Of a stretch of DNA of 64,000 bases, positions 8,726-17,981 are shown piece after piece; positions within the stretch are counted from its first letter, which is position 1, and each line of letters opens with the position of its first letter. The stretch comes from Desulfatiglandales bacterium (lineage in GTDB: Bacteria > Desulfobacterota > DSM-4660 > Desulfatiglandales > Desulfatiglandaceae), in the NCBI GenBank assembly GCA_963662465.1, contig OY759599.1, forward strand, positions 5,888,001 to 5,952,000, written 5' to 3'. The translations under genes and the position numbers were made by a program. The notes under the pieces were generated by a model, which did not search any database, had not been told where the DNA came from, and was given only the letters and a program-made list of their open reading frames with translations.

Positions 8726-9946
8726 AAGAAGCTGGATAATGAACTTGCAGGGGGACAAATCCGCGGCTGTCTGCACGGCGTTCCTATGACCATCAAGGAC
8801 AATTTGGATACCCGAGACTTTGTGACCACGGGAGGGACCAAAGGCAGAAAAGATTTTGTCCCCGAAAGGGATGCTACGGTGGTTGCCAGGTTGCGTGCGG
8901 AAGGGGCTGTTTTGATGGGAAAAACCAATACGCCTGAGTTGACCCTGGCTTTTGAAACAGACAATCTCATTTACGGTCGGACCAACAATCCCTATGATCT
9001 TTCACGAACCAGCGGCGGCAGCAGCGGCGGCGCAGCGGCTATTATCGCGGCTGGAGGGTCCCCCTTTGATATCGGCAGCGATACGGGCGGCAGTATCCGT
9101 TTGCCTTCCCATTTTTGCGGCATTACCGGGATTCGGCCAACATCGGGCCGGGTTCCGAGAACGGGTCATATTCTGCCGCCCGGCGGCGTTATGGATGCGT
9201 GGACCCAGATTGGTCCAATGGCGCGATACGTCGAAGACCTGGCCCTGATTCTGCCTGCCATTTCCGGAATCGACTGGCATGATCCCGCAATTGTTCCCAT
9301 GGTCATGGGTGATCCCAACGATGTTGATTTAAAGGGGCTGCGTGTGGCATACCACACGGATAACGGGATCATGAGTCCTACTTCAGAAATCAAATCCGCT
9401 GTGGAATCGGCTGCCAAGGCACTCAACGACGCGGGCGTACACGTTGTTGAAGCGCATCCTTCCGGCATTGACCAAACCTTTGAACTGTTCATGGGATTGA
9501 TGGTAGGCGATGGGGGCGCCGGCATCCAAATGCTCCTTCAGTTGTACGGTACGGATGAACCCCATCCTTGGTTACAGGGGATGATCGCTCAAGCTGAGGA
9601 AAGCCGGATGACAACGGCGGAATATTGCGGATTGCTGTTCAAGCTTGACCTTTTCCGCAGTCAGATGCTCTCATTCATGGAATCCTGGGACGTTATAATC
9701 TGTCCCGTCAATGCTTTAACGGCAATGCCACATGGCACCCTTTCCGAACAATTACCGAGCGTTTCCTATACCTGCACTTATAATCTGACCGGTTGGCCAG
9801 CGGCCGTAGTCCGGGTCGGAGGAACTGCGGAAGGTTTGCCCATCGGGGTACAGGTGGTTGCACGCCCTTGGCGCGAAGATGTTGCATTGAAAGTGGCGCG
9901 ATTCCTGGAAAACCAATTCGGTGGATGGGTAAAACCGGAAATTTAG
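8726..9946 (+). pseudogene. Amidase-signature family enzyme, main body; 5' end separated by IS insertions
   Basis: Frame resumes at the IS end: KKLDNELAGGQIRGCLHGVPMTIKDN, with GGSSGG and GSDTGGSIR. Confidence 0.88.
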
Positions 9947-10124
9947 AGCCTTATCCGTTTCTAAGAATTCTGACGCAAAGAACAAGAAAGCGTTTCTCCA
10001 AACCTGAAGAAGTGCTTCGACTGAGTACCTTGAACGTTTTTTGTGACGGTAGTTTTTCTAAACTTTGGGTTGCGGACATAGCCCACATTAGACATCATTC
10101 TTCAATAGAAAAAGGAGGCATACC

Positions 10125-10547
10125 GTGATTGGTGCATTAATTGCCAAGAAAAAGACTGCTCAGGCATTTGAATATTATAACAAGGGAGATCTCAAGAATT
10201 TCCTCGCTGGCTGGCATGATAAATCAACATGGGTCTATCCCGGAAACCTTTCAGTGAGTGGAGAATACAAAAGCAAAACTGAAGTGGAAAAATGGTTCCA
10301 GCACTATATGGATCATTTTTCAAGCACCAAAATAAGCGTAAAAAGCATAATGGTTCAGAATATTTTTGATTTTGTAGGGACCAATACCGTTTCGGTTATT
10401 TGGGATGAAACAGTGACAACTAAAGGTGGGGAGGTACATGAACTGAGCGGCATTACGGTGATTCATCTGAGGTTTGGCAAAGTCGATTGCGCTAAAGATT
10501 ATGTCTTCAATACGGATGAAGAACTGCGGAAAGCATGGGGGGAATAA
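10125..10547 (+). CDS. SnoaL-like / NTF2 family protein
   Basis: AFEYYNKGD...W.YPG....SGEY pattern; 140 aa; GGAGG RBS. Confidence 0.8.
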   Translation: MIGALIAKKKTAQAFEYYNKGDLKNFLAGWHDKSTWVYPGNLSVSGEYKSKTEVEKWFQHYMDHFSSTKISVKSIMVQNIFDFVGTNTVSVIWDETVTTKGGEVHELSGITVIHLRFGKVDCAKDYVFNTDEELRKAWGE

Positions 10548-10709
10548 ACGTTTCCCCCTGTCTTCTTCTACTGTTGGAAATGATGTTCTGCCACTATGAA
10601 TTTTTTGGCATTAATCCTGCGGCGGTTTCATCAAGGTTGGCGCACAGGGCCACAATTTTTGCCTGATTTTTAAAGGCTTTGTGGTCCGTAGCGCATTTGA
10701 GCGTTTGCG

Positions 10710-10795
10710 GCACAACCAAACGCTGCACCAGACGCCTGATACTTGGGCGGTCCCGGCGGGGGCTGGAGGAGGCGCTGGTGAGCTTGTCGTTAGCC
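10710..10795 (+). repeat. Integron attC site 1 (86 bp)
   Basis: R'' GCACAAC; L'' GCTgCACCAGaCGCC pairs with GGCGCTGGTGAGC leaving two unpaired bases; R' GTTAGCC. Confidence 0.88.
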
Positions 10796-10805
10796 AGAGA
10801 ATCAC

Positions 10806-11252
10806 ATGAAGGAAGATGATTTTTATCTAAAGGTTGCCTATGCGCTGTCAGGTTGCCAGTTGGTAGAACAACAGCTCAAGCTTTACATTACTGAGGCGCT
10901 TGAACTGGTTGCAAAGTGCATTGGTGGGAAAATGCCTTTCAAGATGAAAGGCGATGATTTCGCAGACTCATCTTTAGAGCGCCTCATTCAAACCTTTAAA
11001 AAATTAAGTGATAATGCAGATCTCGTAAGAGATTTGAATAAATTTAAGGATGAAAGAAACTTTCTGAGCCATAAAGGTATAACTCACTGCTTGGATTATG
11101 AGGAAGAGTTGTTTTACACAACTGCTGAAGAAATGCAAGAAAGGCTCGCAGCTATACAAGCGGAGGCAAAACGCCTAAGAACTGCCATACATTTAGAAGC
11201 CAATAAGTTCAGAGCGCACCTTTGGTTTGACGATATCACAACAAATGGCTAA
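10806..11252 (+). CDS. Hypothetical protein, integron cassette 1
   Basis: Fills the cassette; its TAA stop lies within R'' GGCTAAC. Confidence 0.8.
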   Translation: MKEDDFYLKVAYALSGCQLVEQQLKLYITEALELVAKCIGGKMPFKMKGDDFADSSLERLIQTFKKLSDNADLVRDLNKFKDERNFLSHKGITHCLDYEEELFYTTAEEMQERLAAIQAEAKRLRTAIHLEANKFRAHLWFDDITTNG

Positions 11253-11308
11253 CAAGGTTTTTGCAGCGGAGCGCAAAAAGCCGCGCCCGCTGAAAAGCAA
11301 CGTTGGCG
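11247..11308 (+). repeat. Integron attC site 2 (62 bp, different family)
   Basis: GGCTAAC...TTTTgCAGCGGaGCGC / GCGCCCGCTGAAAA...GTTGGCG. Confidence 0.88.
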
Positions 11309-11345
11309 TGCGACGATAGAGCTGCCGTATTGCAAGGAGGTTAGT

Positions 11346-12632
11346 TTGATTATTTCAAGCGAATACACAGTTGTGGATGTAGAAACAACAGGGTTATTTC
11401 CTGGAAGCGGAGATAGGATTGTTGAGATTGCTATTATTCGCCTTGATAAAAACGGCCAGATCGTAGATAGTTATTCGACTTTAATCAACCCCACGAGGGA
11501 TATAGGGGCAACGCATGTTCATGGAATCAGTGCAGTGGATGTAAAAAACGCACCGTTATTTCAGGAAATTGCAGGTGATCTGATTAAACTTATGAGTGGA
11601 GCAGCCCTTGTCGGACATAATATCAGTTTTGATCGACGCTTTTTATATGCCGAATTTGCAAGAATGAATGTGGAGCTACCTGATATTCCATGTTTTTGTA
11701 CTATGCAATTATCTAAGTTAGCTGATCGAGGAGTTCCAAGCAGGAAGCTTGATGTTTTGTGCGAATATTTTGGGATAAACCTTGAAAATGCGCATACTGC
11801 GTATGCCGACGCAAAAGCTACAGCAAAGTTGTTCACCTTGTTTGTAAATCAACTTGGAGGGTGGGAAAGTTTAGGCTCCAAACTCCACTGTATTAAACCT
11901 ATGAGTTCAGATTGTCACTCCTGGCCAGAAATAGAGCCGAGTGGAATCCATTACAACAGAAAGAAGGCTTTTGAAGAAATAAATAGTAAATCAACGTATA
12001 TTGAAAGGCTAATAGCAAGGCTTCCAGTTGGTGCAAGTGATGAGCCTATTACAGAGCAATATTTTGCTCTTCTTGATCGAGTTCTTGAAGATAGGATTGT
12101 TGACGAACACGAGATTTCTCAAATCGAATTATTGGCAAATGAGCTGGAAATGTCTCGAGATCAAGCTATCCTAGCTCATAAGCAATATATGGAGAAATTA
12201 ATCTTAGTAGCTCTAGATGATGGAATAATCTCAAAATCGGAACAATCAGATTTAGATTCGGTGAGAAAATTACTTAATATCACCAAATCACAGTTTGATG
12301 AGTTATTTAAGAATACTATTAATCAATATAAAGAAGATCCCCATTCAAACAAAATTCAACGATCAAATGAAGTTGTGATTGGAAAAACTGTTTGTTTTAC
12401 GGGAACATTAAACTGCACCATAAATGGAAAAATTGCAACGCGCAAGAAAATACAAAATACAGCAAGTGCTTCTGAAATGATTGTTCAAAAAGGAGTAACA
12501 AAGAAGCTTGATATCCTTGTAGCAGCAGATCCGAATAGTATGTCGGGAAAAGCTAGGAAAGCTAGAGAATATGGCGTTCGGATAATTGCTGAACCTGTAT
12601 TCTGGAATATGGTTGGGGTTAATGTTGAATAG
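11346..12632 (+). CDS. DEDDh 3'-5' exonuclease with a central helical (TerB-like) region and C-terminal BRCT domain
   Basis: VVDVETTG, HNISFD, AHTAYADA; C-terminal GKTVCFTG...VTKKLDILV...SGKARKAREYG. Confidence 0.88.
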   Translation: MIISSEYTVVDVETTGLFPGSGDRIVEIAIIRLDKNGQIVDSYSTLINPTRDIGATHVHGISAVDVKNAPLFQEIAGDLIKLMSGAALVGHNISFDRRFLYAEFARMNVELPDIPCFCTMQLSKLADRGVPSRKLDVLCEYFGINLENAHTAYADAKATAKLFTLFVNQLGGWESLGSKLHCIKPMSSDCHSWPEIEPSGIHYNRKKAFEEINSKSTYIERLIARLPVGASDEPITEQYFALLDRVLEDRIVDEHEISQIELLANELEMSRDQAILAHKQYMEKLILVALDDGIISKSEQSDLDSVRKLLNITKSQFDELFKNTINQYKEDPHSNKIQRSNEVVIGKTVCFTGTLNCTINGKIATRKKIQNTASASEMIVQKGVTKKLDILVAADPNSMSGKARKAREYGVRIIAEPVFWNMVGVNVE

Positions 12633-12725
12633 TGATCTTTAGGAATCCTAGACACTGCCCTAACGTGGGCAGGAATGCAGCCTAATCAGTCCACACTTGG
12701 ATTTTTGGACATCTAAAAAAGACAA

Positions 12726-13109
12726 ATGGAGAAGTCAATGGGCAAACGTATTTGGCGATCTTTCCACGAGCCTATAAGGGAAAATCTTTCATTTGAAGAG
12801 CGATGGAGGGGAGCAGACCATGGTCTAATCCTCTGCTGGGAAATTGGGAGAAGAAGAAGCATCGAATCCCCTGAGCTAGCTGAGCAAGCAAAAGATGGAC
12901 AATTGCCGGCACTCGGATGGAAGGGTGGCGTAGCGAAAAAAATCAAACAAAAAGAAAAGTATGGCTGTCTTAATTATTTAGCAGAGTGGCAAGGTCTAAA
13001 GGGTGAAGATTTAGACATTGATTTAACTGAAGAAAGAGAGCTTATCTGCTCGAGAACTGGAATGAAAGTAACATATACAGGCGATTCGGAAAAGTATGCT
13101 AACTCCTGA
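12726..13109 (+). CDS. Hypothetical protein in cassette 2
   Basis: 127-aa ORF co-oriented with the array; no family recognised. Confidence 0.6.
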   Translation: MEKSMGKRIWRSFHEPIRENLSFEERWRGADHGLILCWEIGRRRSIESPELAEQAKDGQLPALGWKGGVAKKIKQKEKYGCLNYLAEWQGLKGEDLDIDLTEERELICSRTGMKVTYTGDSEKYANS

Positions 13110-13481
13110 ATCTAATACGCTTAGGGTTGGTCCGATCAGATTGAGATAAACTCAATAGAATAGCTCAAAAAACAGGATGTTTTCAGTGCTTAGAAACGCC
13201 TTTTACCACCAAAACATACCATTAGCGAATCTTAATGCACGGGCTAGGGTCGGGCCAAAAATACAGCAATGCATTCATTAGGTTAGCGATATATACGGGA
13301 TGGTTTTGGACCTTAGAACCACCTTTTAGGCCCCAAAACAAGCTTTCAAGACAGCGTGGAAAAGAAGGTGTTGGAGAGGGTACTTGAAGCACACCGGAGA
13401 TGATGGCTTACGGCTGTTTATGACTTCAAAGTCGGTTAATGGTGCCGAATAATGCCCGCGCTACTCAAAAACTGCTAGAAT

Positions 13482-13567
13482 CGCCAACCAAACACTCCAC
13501 CAGACGCCTGAAAGTCCTGCGGTCCCAGCGGGGGCCGGTGGAGGGGCCGCTGAGCTTGTCGTTAACC
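13482..13567 (+). repeat. Integron attC site 3 (86 bp, some stem mismatches)
   Basis: CGCCAAC...GTTAACC; homologous to attC 1 and attC 4. Confidence 0.85.
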
Positions 13568-13637
13568 GTAGGGCGTTATGAGCATTGACGAACTTGAATA
13601 AGGCCATTATACGTATATTTATAATAGAGTATAATAA

Positions 13638-13916
13638 ATGGCATTAAGATTTGAATGGGACGAAAATAAGTCCAAGCTTAACTTAAAAAAGCATGGGATT
13701 GATTTTGAGGAAGGGAAAACAGTTTTTAACGACCTTTTCGCTATTACAATTGATGATCCGGATCATTCGGATTTAGAAGAACGGTATATTGATATCGGCA
13801 TCTCGTCGAAGGGACGGATTTTGGTTGTGTGGTATACTGAACGAAATGAGAACATAAGATTAATCGGATGCCGTAAAGCAAACCGAGTTGAGAGAGAGCA
13901 ATATGACGAAGAATAA
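13638..13916 (+). CDS. BrnT family toxin
   Basis: FEWDENK..N.KKHGIDF, DPDHS..EERY..IG, IRLI..RKA. Confidence 0.92.
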   Translation: MALRFEWDENKSKLNLKKHGIDFEEGKTVFNDLFAITIDDPDHSDLEERYIDIGISSKGRILVVWYTERNENIRLIGCRKANRVEREQYDEE

Positions 13917-14160
13917 CAAAGAAGATGGATATACTATGCGGGATGAGTATGATTTTTCAAAAGGTGTTAGGGGAAAGCACTACGTGGCCTATCGTGAAGG
14001 CCATACAGTTGTAATAAACAAAGATGATGGCACTCAATCGATTCAGTATTTTAAAGAGGAAGATGGGGCTGTTATGATTGATCCTGATCTAAAGATCCAC
14101 TTTCCCAATTCTGAATCGGTAAACAAAGCACTCCGTTCCCTCATCCAACAACGAATTTAA
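13888..14160 (+). CDS. BrnA-like antitoxin
   Basis: MRDEYDFSKGVRGKHY...FPNSESVNKALRSL; overlaps the toxin stop. Confidence 0.8.
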   Translation: MRESNMTKNNKEDGYTMRDEYDFSKGVRGKHYVAYREGHTVVINKDDGTQSIQYFKEEDGAVMIDPDLKIHFPNSESVNKALRSLIQQRI

Positions 14161-14763
14161 AGAAAAAGATCATTTTAAAGTTGAGCTATTCAACATCCAT
14201 TTGATCCCATGGCATTGTGTTGAATGCTCGAAATAGGGAACGAAGCTTCAAACGAAAATAATTTCTGGCATATGTGGGAAGGTGCTACGGTGCTTCCCAT
14301 TTCTTTCAGATGTGAGCAATTAGTTCAACACGCGTAAAGCAAGCCGTCGCTCAAAAAAATACGCAGAGTCTTGGGTTCTGGCAACGTTCAGTGCGCAACC
14401 GTGAGTAAGGAGAACCAGAAATAAGGAAAAGGATCATTTTATAATTCAGTTGCGTGACTGTCATTCAATCCCATGACATTCAGCGCAATTGAGGCCTTGA
14501 GAGCGGGTGACAAGTTTGTTCATCAAATCCATAATAGCAATGTGGTTTTATTTAAATTCGGTGCGCAGGCGTCTGGAATGTAAACCATAATAAGGAAGAA
14601 GACTACTTCTAAGGGGCGTTTTGGAAAGTCCTATTTTCGCAATGATATTCCGATGAATGTGCCGATATGTATGGAATCTACAAAGAAAATAAACGCCATG
14701 CTCATATCAGAACATGAGGTATTTTTAACAAGTTATTCCGGGTTCTTAGGTAATCTTCAGAGC

Positions 14764-14849
14764 GGTTAACCAAACGCTGCACCAGACGCCTGGAAGTTCT
14801 GTGGTCCTGGCGGGGGCCGGTGGAGGCGCTGGTGAGCTTAACGTTGGGC
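14764..14849 (+). repeat. Integron attC site 4 (86 bp)
   Basis: GGTTAAC...GCTgCACCAGaCGCC / GGCGCTGGTGAGC...GTTGGGC. Confidence 0.9.
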
Positions 14850-14903
14850 CCTTCAGCGCCAGCATTTTCGTTGTCAATGGGTTGATGGCGACAAATTATC
14901 TTA

Positions 14904-14932
14904 TTGATCAATGTAAACATATTGATTATTTT
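14904..14932 (+). promoter_or_regulatory. Putative promoter/operator of mqsRA
   Basis: Inverted repeat ATCAAT-N8-ATTGAT overlapping a TTGATC...TATTTT promoter-like pair. Confidence 0.5.
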
Positions 14933-14939
14933 ATGAGCT

Positions 14940-15248
14940 ATGGAGAAACGTAAACCGCACTACAAGCTATCCGAAATACAAACCTTAGTGGCCAATCCGG
15001 ATAGTCAGCCATTTACTGTCACAGCTTTGCGGAACGGACTCGCCATGGGCTTGACGGAACCGGAGATGCGGCAGGTGATGCAAAAGCTTTCCCGGGGAGA
15101 TTTCTACAAGGCAATGACTTCATATTCTGATCATCGGATTTGGCAGGATGTTTATCACGGCATTACGGAGGACGGAATTCTTGCTTACATTAAGATCACT
15201 GCTTTTACTGACGGTCGGCCACCAGTCATACAATTTAAAGCGAAGTGA
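14940..15248 (+). CDS. mqsR: MqsR family toxin
   Basis: MEKRKPHY.L, DFYKAMT...DH..WQDVY, YIK, VIQFK.K. Confidence 0.92.
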   Translation: MEKRKPHYKLSEIQTLVANPDSQPFTVTALRNGLAMGLTEPEMRQVMQKLSRGDFYKAMTSYSDHRIWQDVYHGITEDGILAYIKITAFTDGRPPVIQFKAK

Positions 15249-15257
15249 GGTGAGATT

Positions 15258-15653
15258 ATGAAATGCCCAGCCTGCGGCCACTCTAAAATGTTATCTAAAA
15301 CTCAGGATGAAACGCTTTCTTATGGGAGCCAATCACTTACACTTCACGCAATGCATGGTGAATTCTGTTCAGAATGTGGTGAGGGTGTGTGGGATACCGA
15401 GAGCTACCGCCGTTATGCTGAAGCCCAAGCAGTACTATTGCGAGCGGTGAAAGAAGATGTAAGCTGTGAAATCCGGCGCATCCGAAAAAATCTGAAACTT
15501 ACTCAGGCCCAATTGGCTAAAGCCTTCGGCGTAGGCAAAGTGGCGTTCTCTCGTTATGAACGGGGAGAGACTCGTCCACCTACTCCAGTCGTCAAACTCC
15601 TTAAATTGCTGGATCGTCATCCAGATTTACTGAAAGAAATGTACTCCGCGTAA
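15258..15653 (+). CDS. mqsA: MqsA family antitoxin (Zn finger plus HTH)
   Basis: MKCPAC...C.ECGE; IRKNLKLTQ....FG.G..AFSRYERGE; LLDRHP.LL. Confidence 0.93.
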   Translation: MKCPACGHSKMLSKTQDETLSYGSQSLTLHAMHGEFCSECGEGVWDTESYRRYAEAQAVLLRAVKEDVSCEIRRIRKNLKLTQAQLAKAFGVGKVAFSRYERGETRPPTPVVKLLKLLDRHPDLLKEMYSA

Positions 15654-16054
15654 TACCGCTAAGTTTTAAAGCCCAACCCTTTGACACGTACAAAAGAACG
15701 GCCAAAGTTAGACACTGCAATCATAAGATAGCTGAATTCAGTCGAGAAAACCTTATTTGTGCCTAAGGCCATGCCATCTGAGATACAGCTCTGCCCAGCA
15801 TAAACGGAATGCCGCAAAAAACAACGAGGAAGGTTATTCTGTTCTAATTGAGACTACCGGTTTGCCGGCTACGGACACAAAGCGGGACAGCCTGACCAAT
15901 GCCTGACTTTCATCCATCCATCCCCACCAGAGTTTGGAAGGGTGCAATACAAAAAAGTTACCTTGTCGCTTCCTCTATTTCCGGTTGCCCACGCCTGGGT
16001 TGCGTATTATGGGTTGTTTGGGGGGTGGATACGGGACTCGGTAGGCATGGGGAC

Positions 16055-16159
16055 AGGGCAGGCACAGGGGCCTGCCCCTACGGGACATCGAGGTCAATGC
16101 CAATCTGGTTTTACCGGTTATCGCGGTCTCCCGTAGGGGCAACCCCCTGTGGTTGCCCT
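16055..16159. repeat. Pair of GTAG-type REP palindromes
   Basis: AGGGCAGGCACAGGGGCCTGCCCCTAC (16055-16081) and GTAGGGGCAACCCCCTGTGGTTGCCCT (16133-16159). Confidence 0.8.
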
Positions 16160-16507
16160 GGTCGCTGAAATTGCCATTTTATAAATTCGCCTCCCATGGT
16201 TGTTTTTTTTCGGTTGCACTCTTGTTGTTTCCTCAATTTCCGATCAATCATTCAATCTTTTGAATCGTATTCAAACATTTTGTCCCGGCTTGTGGCCGTA
16301 GCCCGTTTTTCTGATAGGAACTATGGAAGACACTCAGAGGTCACAACCCATATCAATGGAAAATCAGGAAATTGCGGAGCAGGTTGCTCGGAAGTCCGAA
16401 GAACCAAGCACACATGGTCTCCCTTGGCGATGATGCTTTCCGGCGCCGACAGCTTAAAACTGCTGAGCCTTCAGTTCCTCATGATGAACGTTGAAAAGCG
16501 TTTTTTC

Positions 16508-16555
16508 TTGACTTATTGCTCTGGAATAGAATATTCCATTGCAAATATTAGTCAA
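16508..16555. promoter_or_regulatory. Nested inverted repeat, putative operator/promoter of the porin-ABC operon
   Basis: TTGACT...TGGAATA-N3-TATTCCA...AGTCAA directly before the GGAGG RBS. Confidence 0.5.
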
Positions 16556-16571
16556 TGATTGGAGGTGCTAA

Positions 16572-17915
16572 ATGGCCAAAGGCCGCCTGTTATTAAATGT
16601 CTTGTTGGTCTCAATGCTTGTCTGGTGTGGGATACCGGTCGCGTATGCGCTTACAGATGAGAAGGAATCCCTGTTTAAGGGAATTGATCTGGGGCCGGGC
16701 AAGTTGGATATGGGGGGAAGCCTGCGTCTTCGATATGAATATTTTGACAACTATAATATCAAAACCTACGGTAACCATAAGGCGGATACAACCCTTCTGA
16801 GCCGCCTGCGAATCAATCTGGGGTACAGGCTTTTGCAGCGGGCAAAGATCTTTATTCAGTTGCAGGATGCTCAGTTTTTTTTCTCAAATCTCGGCATCGA
16901 CGATTTTGGGGCAAGTTGCCCCTATGAAAACCGATTGGATTTGCGGCAGGCCTTTGGAGAAATGAGGAAAATAGCCAACACGCCCCTGGGTTTCAAAATC
17001 GGCAGACAGGTAATAAAATACGGCGACTACCGGATTTTCGGGCCTGGCGACTGGGGAAATGTGGGACGCTATACCTGGGATGCCGGCAAAATTTTATTTG
17101 AGATCCCATCGGTGCGCGTTGATGTTTTTGCCGCCAACAGGGTGCTTTACTTGAAAAACAGTTTTGATGACGAACATTTCCCTTACCATGTGTATGCGGC
17201 TTACGGACGCATCGAATCGATTCCCCGCAACAAGCTGGATCTTTTCTACGTTATTAAGCAAAATTCGGACCGCATTCTCCGGGGCAACGCCGGCGTTGGC
17301 AGCTTGCTGGTACAGACCGTCGGGTTTTACGGTAAGGGGGGGTGGAAACAGTTTGACTATGCAGGCACCTTTGCCTACCAGTTCGGCAATTACAGCCAGA
17401 AAAATATCGGCGCCCTGGGTTTCAATGCGGAGGCGGGATATACGGCGTTTGAAAAATGGAAACCTCGATTGGCCATTTCCCTGAGCTATGCTTCCGGCGA
17501 CGACAACCCTTCCGATAAGACCTATGGCACATTTGACGGGGTTTTCGGAGCGGTTGACAAGTATTACGGTCGTATGAACCTCTTCGCCTGGATGAATTTG
17601 GTGGACATGCAGGTTGGCGTAAGCATCAAACCTTTAAAATTAATGAAGTTTTCCCTTGATTTCCATCGTTTCAAGCTTGCCAGCGCCAAGGACGCCTGGT
17701 ACTACAGCACGGGAACAAAGATGCGCTGGGATCCTACGGGAGCATCGGGCAGGGATCTGGGAGACGAGATTGATCTCATCTGGAAATATGATGTGTGTCG
17801 ACATGTTGCCCTCATGGCCGGATGCTGCGCGTTCTTTCCAGGCGACTTCATACAGACAACCGGTCCGGCTGAAAATGCCTACTGGGCCTTCGGGCAAGTG
17901 GAATTTAAAATCTGA
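16572..17915 (+). CDS. Alginate-export (AlgE-like) family outer-membrane porin
   Basis: Signal peptide; GSLRLRYEY, KIGRQ.I.YG, SYASGD, NL.D, G.EIDL; amphipathic final strand. Confidence 0.85.
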   Translation: MAKGRLLLNVLLVSMLVWCGIPVAYALTDEKESLFKGIDLGPGKLDMGGSLRLRYEYFDNYNIKTYGNHKADTTLLSRLRINLGYRLLQRAKIFIQLQDAQFFFSNLGIDDFGASCPYENRLDLRQAFGEMRKIANTPLGFKIGRQVIKYGDYRIFGPGDWGNVGRYTWDAGKILFEIPSVRVDVFAANRVLYLKNSFDDEHFPYHVYAAYGRIESIPRNKLDLFYVIKQNSDRILRGNAGVGSLLVQTVGFYGKGGWKQFDYAGTFAYQFGNYSQKNIGALGFNAEAGYTAFEKWKPRLAISLSYASGDDNPSDKTYGTFDGVFGAVDKYYGRMNLFAWMNLVDMQVGVSIKPLKLMKFSLDFHRFKLASAKDAWYYSTGTKMRWDPTGASGRDLGDEIDLIWKYDVCRHVALMAGCCAFFPGDFIQTTGPAENAYWAFGQVEFKI

Positions 17916-17981
17916 ACCTTACCTGAACAGACATTTTGGGTGGGGATGAAGTCAGAATGGATTTATTAAAGGAGATCAAAA

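Larger units (their letters stand above)
4150..8726 (-). mobile_element. Extended IS21-family element, copy 1 (Cys-rich ORF, wHTH ORF, ParB-like, istA, istB, small RHH-like ORF); right end not found
   Basis: Left end on the minus strand reads TGCTTCAACGCTAATCAAAACTGAACC-AAGTTT-GCTAATGGAAATTGAACC (TG terminus, two internal repeats). Identity with copy 2 stops here. The 4150 boundary is approximate. Confidence 0.88.

Noticed and set aside
12640..12720. Possible additional attC between the exonuclease and the 127-aa ORF
   Set aside because: CCTAAC/CCTAAT motifs are present but there is no paired stem or R' site. Cassette 2 core sites already match across the whole 2.2 kb.
10710..14849. 86-bp repeats considered as a CRISPR array
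   Set aside because: Too long, separated by gene-sized spacers, and with attC architecture; no cas genes.
16300..16500. Possible riboswitch (e.g. Moco/tungsten) ahead of the ABC operon
   Set aside because: I could not match a consensus by eye; an Rfam search is needed.
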